Source: a virus. Taken from it: a stretch of 64,000 nucleotides of DNA. This document shows positions 7,605-16,777 of the stretch, in pieces (the stretch's first letter is position 1; the number at the start of each line of letters is the position of its first letter). The position numbers and the translations under genes are program-made. The notes under the pieces were generated by a model. The model had not been told where the DNA came from and made no database searches. It saw nothing but the letters and a program-made list of their open reading frames with translations. Where the stretch lies: positions 1 to 64,000 of IMG/VR virus record IMGVR_UViG_3300042894_004766; one strand, 5' to 3'.

Positions 7605-8195
7605 TTATATTTCGTTTAATTTTTTCACTTTAAATATTTTTTTGATGTTATCAAGTTTTGCTTTAATATCATCAAGTAATTGTCTTTGAACTCTAGTAAA
7701 AGTTCTACCTTCTTCCATTGCGTCAACTATTGCACAAGTTTCTCTGTAATAGTTTGTTCTGAATCTTTCAGAAGCAGTAAATGCGTCTGCAATGTTATTA
7801 AATCTATCTGATAGTTTAATAGTAAACGCTTTGTCAGACATTTTCAACATTTTATTGATTAGGTAGTTTGTTTTACTACCTCCCCATTTATGTTTAATTT
7901 CATCTGTGTTAGATGTTAACTCTAACATAATATCTGCAACCTCTTTACCAAAAAGTTCTTTCACATCAGCATAAGCATCCCAGATGTTATCATAACAATC
8001 TTCTGCAACATCGTGTACTAAAGCAGCGATTAAGGTTGCTTCATCAGTAGTGTACAATTTTAATGTACCATTTACTTTTTGTACGTGTGCGTCAAAGTAA
8101 GGTTGTCCAGTAAACTTTCTTACTTGATCTTTATGAGCTCTTTGGGCAAATTCCCAAGCTAATTTTTCTTTCGGTGTAATCGGTGCGTTCGCCAT
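7605..8195 (-). CDS. RelA/SpoT-type HD hydrolase (small alarmone hydrolase/Mesh1-like)
   Basis: AHKDQVRK...PY..H, AALVHDVAED, IKLSDRFNN. Confidence 0.85.
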   Translation of the reverse strand: MANAPITPKEKLAWEFAQRAHKDQVRKFTGQPYFDAHVQKVNGTLKLYTTDEATLIAALVHDVAEDCYDNIWDAYADVKELFGKEVADIMLELTSNTDEIKHKWGGSKTNYLINKMLKMSDKAFTIKLSDRFNNIADAFTASERFRTNYYRETCAIVDAMEEGRTFTRVQRQLLDDIKAKLDNIKKIFKVKKLNEI

Positions 8196-8236
8196 AAATC
8201 TTTTCTTTTTATATATTATATTGCAAATATACGATT

Positions 8237-8599
8237 TTATTTTATATATTCCTCAAATTCTTTATAGACTCTTTCCATAAATCTTTTTTCTCTATCAGTT
8301 ATATCTGGTCCTAAATCAAATATAAATTTACTTTTTATGATTTCCCAGTTTTCTTCTTTTGTTTTATCATCATCATAATTATCATAGATAATATCAAATG
8401 AATCTGTACAATAAATATCTACTTTATCTCCTTTTATAGTAGATACATAGTTGTCATTTTCATCAATATATGAGTAGTGACCATCGTAATATCCAGGTAT
8501 TCTTGCGGCACCTATTGGTACACCACCATACATTCTTACATGTGATTCTCCTGTTGGGTCCGCATCTTGCAATATTTTTATAAATTCTTTTGTTGTCAT
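8237..8599 (-). CDS. Hypothetical protein
   Basis: 120-aa ORF in the operon. Confidence 0.7.
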   Translation of the reverse strand: MTTKEFIKILQDADPTGESHVRMYGGVPIGAARIPGYYDGHYSYIDENDNYVSTIKGDKVDIYCTDSFDIIYDNYDDDKTKEENWEIIKSKFIFDLGPDITDREKRFMERVYKEFEEYIK

Positions 8600-8601
8600 A
8601 A

Positions 8602-9525
8602 TTATTGTTTATTTTTTAATAAGTTTAAAACTTGTTTACCTCTTTTATCTAATTGTTTGTATTTTATTTTAAATGAAGTACTTTCAATACCACCAAATAT
8701 CGCTGCATTAGAATGTAATTCACAAAGTGATGTTACTAATAGTGTAAAAACGGTTTCGATTGAGTTTTTTGTAACAAAGTCTTCTACTTCATCTGATTTA
8801 ATAGTATGAAATACCATATCTTTTAAGATTAAATCTGCAACTACTTTGTTATCAGAAATCTTAGAGAATGTATCAAATGATACTTGTGCGTGGTTTGGAA
8901 AGTGTCTTTTACCTTCTTCATCAATTATCATACAATATGCCTTCCCACAATCGTGCATTACTTGATATTCCTTAATATCTTCTAATGAATGTAAGTTGTT
9001 AAGTATAAACTCTTTATTATCTGTAAACCAAGTAGGTAACTTCCATTCAAATACTGGATTACTACTAGTTAAATCGTTAAAATACTTATTGACAGATATG
9101 CCGTGATCTAGTACACTTTGTGTATCAGTTTGAGGTGTATCAATCATATCAGAGATAACTTTCTCGTATGTTAGTTTTGATTTTTTACCTAAAAGTGGAA
9201 GATATGAAACTTTCTTTCTGACATCTTTATCTGCGTATAAACAAATAGATGTAAGTTCATCGTTTAAATCTGGTTCGTAAAATTTTGTGACTGAGGTAAG
9301 TTTGGATAACTTTAAGTATAAGTCATTTAATTCTTTTTCATTGTTTACTTGTAAACAGATGATAGAATTAGATGTAGTTTTCCATTCTTTAAATTGTTGT
9401 GGAAACTCGTATGCGAAGTCTGCAATTGAGTGTGTTGATTGTTGGCTCTGATAGCCTGGAGTTAAATCACTTCTAGTGATAACTACTAATTTTGCTTGGT
9501 CTTTGTTAATCTAAGTCATTGTCAT
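8602..9525 (-). CDS. Pth2-like peptidyl-tRNA hydrolase fused to an HD domain, with an in-frame TAG at 9511-9513
   Basis: Frame is open from 9510 to 8602: KLVVITRSDLTPGYQSQQSTHS...FYEPDL...LPLLG (Pth2-like), then HDCGK...HFPNHA (HD). The upstream ATGs (9525, 9519) are separated from it only by TAG. Confidence 0.8.
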
Positions 9526-9527
9526 AA

Positions 9528-9713
9528 TTATTTATTATTTTTTAAAAATTGTTGTTCTTTTTTAGTTAGACTCTTCATACCTTTTTCTGAAATTTTATCC
9601 AGTATTCGATTTAATTCGTCTTCTTTTTCTTTTCTTATTGAGTTAAATTCATAATCATCAATAAGTCGTTTTTCAACGTTTGTTTTAAATAGTTTTTTAA
9701 ACCAACTTAACAT
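9528..9713 (-). CDS. Small protein with DUF6576-like C-terminus
   Basis: LNRILDKISEKGMKSLTKKEQQFL. Confidence 0.65.
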   Translation of the reverse strand: MLSWFKKLFKTNVEKRLIDDYEFNSIRKEKEDELNRILDKISEKGMKSLTKKEQQFLKNNK

Positions 9714-9736
9714 TGTTTATATATTAAATTTTTTTG

Positions 9737-9802
9737 TGGCTCTGGAGGGGAATGATCCCTCGTCTTCTGGTTTTAGAGGCCTTAGACTAACCATACAAAG
9801 CC
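9737..9802 (-). ncRNA. D-arm-defective tRNA-like RNA with CUA (amber) loop remnant and 11-nt segment complementary to the Pth2 amber site
   Basis: GGCTTTG TA TGGTTAGTCTAAGGC CTCTAAA ACCAG AAGAC GAGGG ATCATTC CCCTC CAGAGCC A; own TATCTTTG promoter (9814-9821) and TTTG (9841-9844). Confidence 0.75.
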
Positions 9803-9845
9803 GTTTTGTTTTACAAAGATACAACTAATTTTTAATACACCAAAT

Positions 9846-10055
9846 TTATTCTTGTTTTTTTAAATCTTCAATTGCTAACTGTTCTAATGTTTGTGGATTA
9901 TGTTTCCAATTTTTCCAAACTTCAAAATCTTTTAATCTTTCTAATGTTTCTTTTGGAATTAGAACAAACCCATCTGGTGCTACTGCACCAAATTTATGGT
10001 AATGTGCATTCTTAATTTTTTCTTTGATTTCTTCTGTAATATTTCTTGGGCTCAT
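9846..10055 (-). CDS. Hypothetical protein
   Basis: 69-aa ORF. Confidence 0.6.
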   Translation of the reverse strand: MSPRNITEEIKEKIKNAHYHKFGAVAPDGFVLIPKETLERLKDFEVWKNWKHNPQTLEQLAIEDLKKQE

Positions 10056-10350
10056 CTTGTTTTTTAATATCTATTGTCTCAACTTTTTTAAATTTTAATA
10101 ACCACCTATATAATTTAGGTGATATTATAAATATTACTTTCTCTATATTTGTTCTCCATACATTTTCCCAAGTACCAACATTACAAGTATTACACTCTTT
10201 ATTATATTGTTGATGTGCACTACATATTGAAAACCATCTTTCTTTCCAAAAGAATTTACCTTTGTCTCTCATATAGAATTTATCTAAAAAATCATTTATT
10301 CTTTTGTTTACTACTTTATCATTAGTAAAGTGTTTTTTATGTCTATCCAT
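10012..10350 (-). CDS. Hypothetical protein, possibly Zn-binding (CSAH...CNTC)
   Basis: 112-aa ORF. Confidence 0.6.
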   Translation of the reverse strand: MDRHKKHFTNDKVVNKRINDFLDKFYMRDKGKFFWKERWFSICSAHQQYNKECNTCNVGTWENVWRTNIEKVIFIISPKLYRWLLKFKKVETIDIKKQDEPKKYYRRNQRKN

Positions 10351-10394
10351 CCCATCTTCTCCCTCATTTGTAAGTTATATCTAAAAAATGATAT

Positions 10395-11648
10395 TTAGTT
10401 TAATTTAGCTCTGATTCCGGGCATATAAATCTCAATCAATTGTATCAATTCTTCTTTACACTCTGGAGTCAATGATTTATTTTTATTTTGATTCAACAAA
10501 ATCATAAATGAACTTACAACTTTATTAAATTTAAAGGCATCTGTAAAGTCAAATATAGTTTTCTTAAATGATTCTATATCAATAGTTTCTTCACCTGTTT
10601 TATCCAACCAAGTTTTCATTCTATTTATAAATCTTCTAATTCCAATTATATTTTCATCAGACCAAGAACCACCATCAAAGTAGTGACCAATAAACATCAA
10701 GTAAAATCTGATTTCATCTGGATCATATCCATCCAAACTAACTACATTTCCCTTTGATTTAGACATCTTTTCACCACCATTCAATATCATTCCTTGGTGT
10801 ACCAACTTATTAATTGGTTCTTCAAAGTCAATAAATCCAATATCATACAAAAACATTGTGATAAATCTAATATAAATCAAGTGCATACAAGCATGTTCTG
10901 AACCACCAACATACAAATCAACTGGTTTTGGTTTAATACCTTTCATCAAACAATAGATAATAGTATAAATAGAACTATCTACGAATGTGTCCATTGTATC
11001 TGTCTCACCTTCAATAGGAATAGGGCAACCCCAACTTCTTTGTCTTGATACACACCAGTCGTGTTGATTTTCCAACCAATTTCTTTGTGACTTTATTGTA
11101 GATTCTGGAAAGTCAATCTTATCCAAACCTGCAATCAATCTATCTTTATAATCTGTGATTTTGAAATACCATTGATTCAATGTTTTCTTTTCTACTTCTG
11201 TAGAACATCTTTCACATTTACCATCTTTTACTTGTTCTCTTGCCAATACAGTTTCACAACTGTTACAGAAGTCAACTTCACCATCTTTCTTATAAGCCAA
11301 ACCTTTATCATACAATTGTTTAAACAACCATTGTGTGTACTCAATATAGTTAGGATCCGAGGTAATCAACATTTCCTCGTATTGAGTATTCATGTTATCC
11401 ATCTGTATTCTAAAATTTTCTATATTTTCGTAGGTAACTTCTCTTGGATCTCTACCTACTTTTTTTGCATAGTTTTCTGCTGGCAAACCATGACTATCAT
11501 ATCCAAAGGGTTGAAAAACTTGTTCACCTTTATATCTCAAGTATCTACAGTAACTATCCATAATCGCATAGTTATACCAGTGTCCACAGTGCAAACCACT
11601 CCCAGAAGGATATGGGAAAAATGTTGCAATATATTTATAATCTTTCAT
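10395..11648 (-). CDS. Minimal leucyl-tRNA synthetase-like protein (no CP1 editing or C-terminal domain)
   Basis: FPYPSGSGLHCGH, GYDSHGLPAEN, QWYFKIT, DWCVSRQRSWGCPIP, TMDTFVDSS, KMSKSKGN. Confidence 0.9.
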   Translation of the reverse strand: MKDYKYIATFFPYPSGSGLHCGHWYNYAIMDSYCRYLRYKGEQVFQPFGYDSHGLPAENYAKKVGRDPREVTYENIENFRIQMDNMNTQYEEMLITSDPNYIEYTQWLFKQLYDKGLAYKKDGEVDFCNSCETVLAREQVKDGKCERCSTEVEKKTLNQWYFKITDYKDRLIAGLDKIDFPESTIKSQRNWLENQHDWCVSRQRSWGCPIPIEGETDTMDTFVDSSIYTIIYCLMKGIKPKPVDLYVGGSEHACMHLIYIRFITMFLYDIGFIDFEEPINKLVHQGMILNGGEKMSKSKGNVVSLDGYDPDEIRFYLMFIGHYFDGGSWSDENIIGIRRFINRMKTWLDKTGEETIDIESFKKTIFDFTDAFKFNKVVSSFMILLNQNKNKSLTPECKEELIQLIEIYMPGIRAKLN

Positions 11649-11845
11649 TTCTTTGTTTTTTTCTTGTAAAGTGACTTGTGTCAATTTTTAATTTTTTAAT
11701 TATTCTATAAATTTTACTTTCAATTAGTTTTGTGTGTTCTTGTTGTATATTTGTACAAATATCTTTACTATCCACTATGTTCCCTACTTATATTTTTAAT
11801 TTAAGCTTAGTTGCAAATATAATAATTAAATTTAATATATAAACT

Positions 11846-12874
11846 ATGAAATACATTAAATCAAGTGAGGAATATTCAATAAACGAAGAATTAGACTTAA
11901 AAATAGGTTGGAGACAAATTATAATTGGTTTGTGTATTTTCGCTGCGTATAAACACTATTTTCCTGATAGGAAAAAAATCACATTAAGTGAAATGAATAG
12001 AATTGTTGCAGATGTTGATAACAAACCTACTATACAAGAAAGAATTATTATTGATAAAATAAAAAATAGTTTAGTTACGGATATTAATCAAGAAACTGGA
12101 ATTTCAGAAGATAAAAAGAGAAAGTTATTGAATGGTATCAATACTATACCATTTATTATGGTTGATACTGAGACTATTGGTTTCATTACCGGTAATGAAA
12201 ATACACTTGGTTGTTACTTTGGTTATATGGATAAAGTTAGAAATAAGTTAGTAACAGTAATTTTAGTTGATCGAAGTAGAGTAAAGGGTGTAAGTTTTAG
12301 TGAAACTTTATTACACGAGTTAAGACACTTAGTTGACGATTTATTAACGGATGGTAGAAAAGATTATAGTGAACTATCTAATATAGTTGATATGTTAGAT
12401 AAAGATATTGTTTTGAGAAATAAAGAAGGAGAAAAAAAGTTAAGAAATAAGGTCAATGATTATGTTAATATTATGGTTAAAAATAGCGTTGATCCTGAAG
12501 ACCTAGGTAGTCCCAGAGTTAAAGAACTATCAGATAATCTCAAAGATGAATATTTTGATGCTATCTTTTTAGATAAAAGTAAAATGGATTATTTAACATC
12601 ATCTGCTGAAATATATGCTAGATTTCATGGATTAAAAAGATGGATGATAAAAAATGGTTATCTTAAAGATATAAATAGTGAGATAACACAAGATATTATT
12701 ATAAATATGATGCAAGATAAACAATTTTTTGATCCAAAAATAATAAATAGGGATTTCTTTCAATTACTATTTTATATGGATGTTGATTTTACTGGTAAAA
12801 CAAAAAGTGATATGACAAAGGCCAATTCAATAGTAGCAAACTATACAGATTATATAAATAAACCTACCGTTTAA
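11846..12874 (+). CDS. Zincin-like metallopeptidase with N-terminal TM helix
   Basis: HELRH plus downstream EIYAR. Confidence 0.6.
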   Translation: MKYIKSSEEYSINEELDLKIGWRQIIIGLCIFAAYKHYFPDRKKITLSEMNRIVADVDNKPTIQERIIIDKIKNSLVTDINQETGISEDKKRKLLNGINTIPFIMVDTETIGFITGNENTLGCYFGYMDKVRNKLVTVILVDRSRVKGVSFSETLLHELRHLVDDLLTDGRKDYSELSNIVDMLDKDIVLRNKEGEKKLRNKVNDYVNIMVKNSVDPEDLGSPRVKELSDNLKDEYFDAIFLDKSKMDYLTSSAEIYARFHGLKRWMIKNGYLKDINSEITQDIIINMMQDKQFFDPKIINRDFFQLLFYMDVDFTGKTKSDMTKANSIVANYTDYINKPTV

Positions 12875-13076
12875 ATATATCAAACCAGTTACGTTTAAGT
12901 AACTGGTTTAATTTTTTATCTCTTTTTTCAATTACTTTTTTTTGTTTACAATCTTCACACATTCCCAATTCATTAAATGTTGTATCGTGTAATGGTGTAT
13001 TATAATTCTTTGTTGTGTCTATCACTATAGTTGTAAAACGATCACAACCTTCACACCAACCACTATAATCTACCAT
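12864..13076 (-). CDS. Small Zn-ribbon protein with C-terminal RDKKLNQLL motif
   Basis: CEGC...CEDC. Confidence 0.6.
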   Translation of the reverse strand: MVDYSGWCEGCDRFTTIVIDTTKNYNTPLHDTTFNELGMCEDCKQKKVIEKRDKKLNQLLKRNWFDIFKR

Positions 13077-13092
13077 AGAATATATTTTTTAA

Positions 13093-14178
13093 TCATAATT
13101 TAATTATTTGTTCCCAAGGATTATTCTCATTACCAAAGTGACATATTGCAGTTTGTCTGTAAATAGGTCTATTCATATCGAATAGTTTTACTATACCACT
13201 TGGGGTTACTGGGAATTTTTCTTTTACTAATTCAATTATTTTTATATCATCACCAGTTCCATAAGTATCAATGTTTATTGAACTTGGTTCTGCAACACCA
13301 ATCATATAAGATATTTCTACTTTGCATTTTTTGGCTAATTTATTTGCAACAATGTTTTTTGCAATATATCTTGCAAGGTAAGCCCCACTTCTATCTGTCT
13401 TTGAAGAATCTTTACCAGAGAAAGCTCCACCACCAACAGGACAGTAAGGTCCATATTGATCGACAACTATTTTTCTTCCTGTTACTCCACAATCTGATAC
13501 TGGTCCGCCAACATTCCAAGAACCGGCAGGATTTATATATAATTTGGTATTATTATCTATTAAGTCTAAACCTACTACTCCTTTAATAAAGTCTAAGTTT
13601 AGTATATTTCTAAGTTCTTCTAAAGAAATTTCAGTTGAGTGCATAGTAGAAATTAAAATACTTTCAACTCTTCTATTATCACCATCTTCTTCGATAGTAA
13701 CTTGTGATTTTGCATCTGGACCTAAACCAACTGAAACAACTTCATCAACAATTTTTCTAGAGATATAAGATCCAAGTGGCATATAATTTGGTGTCTCATC
13801 AGTTGCATATCCAACCATAAATCCTTGATCACCTGATGTTACTTCTTCATCACTAATCTCAACTGCTGAATTTATTTCAGGACTTTGTTTACCTATTAAA
13901 TTGATTATTGTTAAATTTTTATAGTAAAATCCATGTTCTGCATCTGTATAACCGATCTCTTTTACTAGATTTCTTATTACACTATCATAATCAATGATTG
14001 CTTTTGATTTTACTTCACCACCTAATACTACTGTATTATCTTTAACCATTGTTTCAACTGCAACTTTTGAAGTTTTATCAATACTAAGATAAGCATCTAA
14101 TATGGCATCTGAAATTTGGTCTGCTACTTTATCAGGATGACCCCAAGCAACACACTCTGTTGTTATATATCTTTTCAT
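13093..14178 (-). CDS. metK: S-adenosylmethionine synthetase
   Basis: GHPDKVADQISD, GDQG, GVTGRKIVVDQYG, GGGAFSGKD. Confidence 0.96.
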   Translation of the reverse strand: MKRYITTECVAWGHPDKVADQISDAILDAYLSIDKTSKVAVETMVKDNTVVLGGEVKSKAIIDYDSVIRNLVKEIGYTDAEHGFYYKNLTIINLIGKQSPEINSAVEISDEEVTSGDQGFMVGYATDETPNYMPLGSYISRKIVDEVVSVGLGPDAKSQVTIEEDGDNRRVESILISTMHSTEISLEELRNILNLDFIKGVVGLDLIDNNTKLYINPAGSWNVGGPVSDCGVTGRKIVVDQYGPYCPVGGGAFSGKDSSKTDRSGAYLARYIAKNIVANKLAKKCKVEISYMIGVAEPSSINIDTYGTGDDIKIIELVKEKFPVTPSGIVKLFDMNRPIYRQTAICHFGNENNPWEQIIKL

Positions 14179-14282
14179 ACTTTAATTTTATTTAAGATTT
14201 ATAGTAAAAATTAAAAAATTGTTTTATATTTATAGTATGAGTATTTAAAAACTATTTATACTTATAATTATATAAATAAGAC

Positions 14283-14459
14283 ATGAAAGATATAGTAGTA
14301 GTTGATCACGTTGATAGATTTGGTCCAATCGGTACTGAATTAGATGATGATACAAAAAAATCATACCAGACTGCGGCTAAACGACTTAGAAAATTAGCAA
14401 AAAGAAATATGAGAGTACTTTTAAGAAAAACGAAAATAAAAAGAATATGCCAGAATTAG
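14283..14459 (+). CDS. 58-aa hypothetical protein (below ORF-track cutoff)
   Basis: MKDIVVVDHVDRFGPIG...LRKTKIKRICQN. Confidence 0.5.
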   Translation: MKDIVVVDHVDRFGPIGTELDDDTKKSYQTAAKRLRKLAKRNMRVLLRKTKIKRICQN

Positions 14460-15238
14460 CAGAAGTAAGAATTATGAGTGATTATATAAATCATCACTCA
14501 AACAAAAGAAAGTTTACGAAATTATATCACGTTGAGAAGGGTAATAACCCGATAGACTCTGAATTGATTGAGAATTTTGAAGTAATTGCAGAGTCTTTTG
14601 GTAAAGAACTACAATTAAAAACAATAAATGATACAAAAACGTTAGACTTCTCTGTATTTATGGGTATGTCTGGTAATTGGAAATTTGTTCCTACTGAAAA
14701 TTGGAATGATACTAAGTTTGTAAGAATGAGGATTGACACTGATGATGGTAATTCCTTATTACTTTATGGTTCATATATGGGACCTAAATATAGATTAGGT
14801 GCATTTACTGGTGTAAAAAGAGGACCAGACCCTACGAAAGAATTTGATAAATTTAAAAGTAATGTTTTAGATAATTTAAAACTAAAAGCATTTGATAAAC
14901 CAATTTGTGAAGTTCTTTTAAATCAAAAATACTTTAATGGAATTGGTAATTACTTACGTTCCACTATACTTTATTATATAAATGTAAATCCATTTGAATC
15001 TGCTAGAACTATTATTATGGAGAATCCAGATATATTAGATTTTTGTAGAGATGTTCCAATTAAAGCTTACACATTAAATGGTGGTCAGCTTTCAGATTGG
15101 ACTAATCCATTTGATTCTGATTATGAAGAATTTAAGAAGTGGGTATTTTATCAGAAAGGTTTATCTTGTAGAGATAATACTGGTAGAACCTTTTGGTATG
15201 ATGAGAAATGGGATTCTTATTCCATATATAAAAATTAA
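14447..15238 (+). CDS. Fpg/Nei-family DNA glycosylase (Nei/NEIL1-like)
   Basis: N-terminal PELAEV, GMSG, H2TH LLNQKYFNGIGNYL, GRTFW. Confidence 0.9.
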   Translation: MPELAEVRIMSDYINHHSNKRKFTKLYHVEKGNNPIDSELIENFEVIAESFGKELQLKTINDTKTLDFSVFMGMSGNWKFVPTENWNDTKFVRMRIDTDDGNSLLLYGSYMGPKYRLGAFTGVKRGPDPTKEFDKFKSNVLDNLKLKAFDKPICEVLLNQKYFNGIGNYLRSTILYYINVNPFESARTIIMENPDILDFCRDVPIKAYTLNGGQLSDWTNPFDSDYEEFKKWVFYQKGLSCRDNTGRTFWYDEKWDSYSIYKN

Positions 15239-15246
15239 AATATGTA

Positions 15247-15432
15247 ATGAAGATTGAGTTTGATAAAAATCATTATGTTGTTTGTGAAGGAATTACTTTG
15301 CCTTTAAGAAGAGAACAGATTATGGATATGCAATCATATGGTTATGATGCACAAAATGTGATAGAGGATTTTTATAGAAATAGTAAAGCTTATGTTAGGG
15401 ATCAAAAGATTGATTTAATACTAAAAAAATAA
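15247..15432 (+). CDS. Small protein with C-terminal RDQKIDLIL motif
   Basis: 61-aa ORF. Confidence 0.6.
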   Translation: MKIEFDKNHYVVCEGITLPLRREQIMDMQSYGYDAQNVIEDFYRNSKAYVRDQKIDLILKK

Positions 15433-15458
15433 AGAGAGACTTTCGTCTCTCTTTTTTG

Positions 15459-16301
15459 TTAGTCTTGTAATTCAAGTTGTTCTTGATTTTGTTTTTGAAG
15501 TAACTCCATAGCTCTTGCTAATCTTGTTAAACCAATTCCTGCACCAAATCTTGGAAAGAAATCAAATTTTAGGAAATCTTCCAATTCTTTTTCTACTCTT
15601 TCTTTTCCGAATAATTCAAATAATTTTTCAGAATATCCACCATTTTCTATTGTATAAAACATTTTTCTCATAGAGTCAATATCGCAACTTCTTTCTGCAG
15701 CACCTATTGTTTCTTGTCCATATAATATTATATCAACTTTATTAAATAGATCATCTTTTTGATTTTGCATGTTCCAAAATGGATTAGTTCTTAGTGGAAA
15801 GTTTTGAAGAGAAACACAATGACTTACTTCATTCCACATTTTAGTTTCATGTTCATTTTCTAAAATTGATACGTCTCCATATTCTTTACAAGTTTTATTA
15901 TAGTCCATTTCAACAGGTGATCCAAATCCTAAATACTCAAGAAGTTCTTTTTCTAATAGAATTAAATCTTTATATTTACCTTTTGATTCAAACTCAAACA
16001 TTGGAAAGATTAGTTCATGTCTTCCAGGAATTGGATTTTTTTCTGCTCTGTAACTTGTAGATACACAGAAAACTCCATCCCAAGTAGGATTTTTTAATAA
16101 TTCATACTCAAGCCACATTTGTCCAGTTTGTGGTAGTGGCCATATCTCACCATTGTATTCAAAGGTTGATACGGAGTGTGGGTTTTCACACGCTGCTAAG
16201 ATTGATAATCTTGATTGTGTTGGTACTTCTACGAAGTTTTTTTCCAAAAAAAATTCTCTTAGTTTTTGAACTAGAGAATTGTACATTAAAGTGTTTGTCA
16301 T
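15459..16301 (-). CDS. Class IIb aaRS catalytic-domain-only protein (AsnRS/AspRS-like; possibly asparagine synthetase-type paralog)
   Basis: Motif 1 FFLEKNFVEVPT, motif 2 YRAE...RH..FPMFEFE, motif 3 GAGIGLTRL; no OB-fold domain. Confidence 0.85.
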   Translation of the reverse strand: MTNTLMYNSLVQKLREFFLEKNFVEVPTQSRLSILAACENPHSVSTFEYNGEIWPLPQTGQMWLEYELLKNPTWDGVFCVSTSYRAEKNPIPGRHELIFPMFEFESKGKYKDLILLEKELLEYLGFGSPVEMDYNKTCKEYGDVSILENEHETKMWNEVSHCVSLQNFPLRTNPFWNMQNQKDDLFNKVDIILYGQETIGAAERSCDIDSMRKMFYTIENGGYSEKLFELFGKERVEKELEDFLKFDFFPRFGAGIGLTRLARAMELLQKQNQEQLELQD

Positions 16302-16404
16302 ATAAGATTTTTTTTTTAATCAAAGTATAAATACTCTAATTAAAAAATTATTCTTGATATATATAAAAAAATCCGCCTTTGTTTAGCGGATTTTTAAATT
16401 TTTT

Positions 16405-16743
16405 TTATGTTAATAGATCAATTTTTAAATCTCTTCTATTTTCTATAGTATCATATGTAGCTTTTTGTGTAAACCAATCATGTACCACATCAATGTCTGT
16501 TTTTTGGTAGTCTAACCAACAGTTATCCTTTGTACTATACTTCATAAACTTTGTAAGTTCTTCACTAGTATATTTCTTTAGTTTCATTTCTCTGATACGG
16601 TTACCTTCTAATGTGATAATTATACCATTGTCAGTTATGTCTAAAATTCCTAACCAAAATGTTAGCATTTCTTGAAAAATCATACCTTTTTCAAATAGTC
16701 CATTAAAGACTATTTCATTTGTTTTTTCGTTTATCTTACTCAT
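16405..16743 (-). CDS. Hypothetical protein with C-terminal RDLKIDLL motif
   Basis: ORF; TATATTTG promoter upstream. Confidence 0.65.
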   Translation of the reverse strand: MSKINEKTNEIVFNGLFEKGMIFQEMLTFWLGILDITDNGIIITLEGNRIREMKLKKYTSEELTKFMKYSTKDNCWLDYQKTDIDVVHDWFTQKATYDTIENRRDLKIDLLT

Positions 16744-16777
16744 ATTTATTTATTTAAACAAATATACAAAATAAAAG

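Noticed and set aside
9737-9802. tmRNA
   Set aside because: No G3-U70 alanine determinant and no tag reading frame; only 66 nt.
1810-13768. Antisense ORFs within pitA, GluRS-like, clpC, LeuRS-like and metK genes
   Set aside because: Overlap well-supported genes on the opposite strand and show no recognisable motifs.
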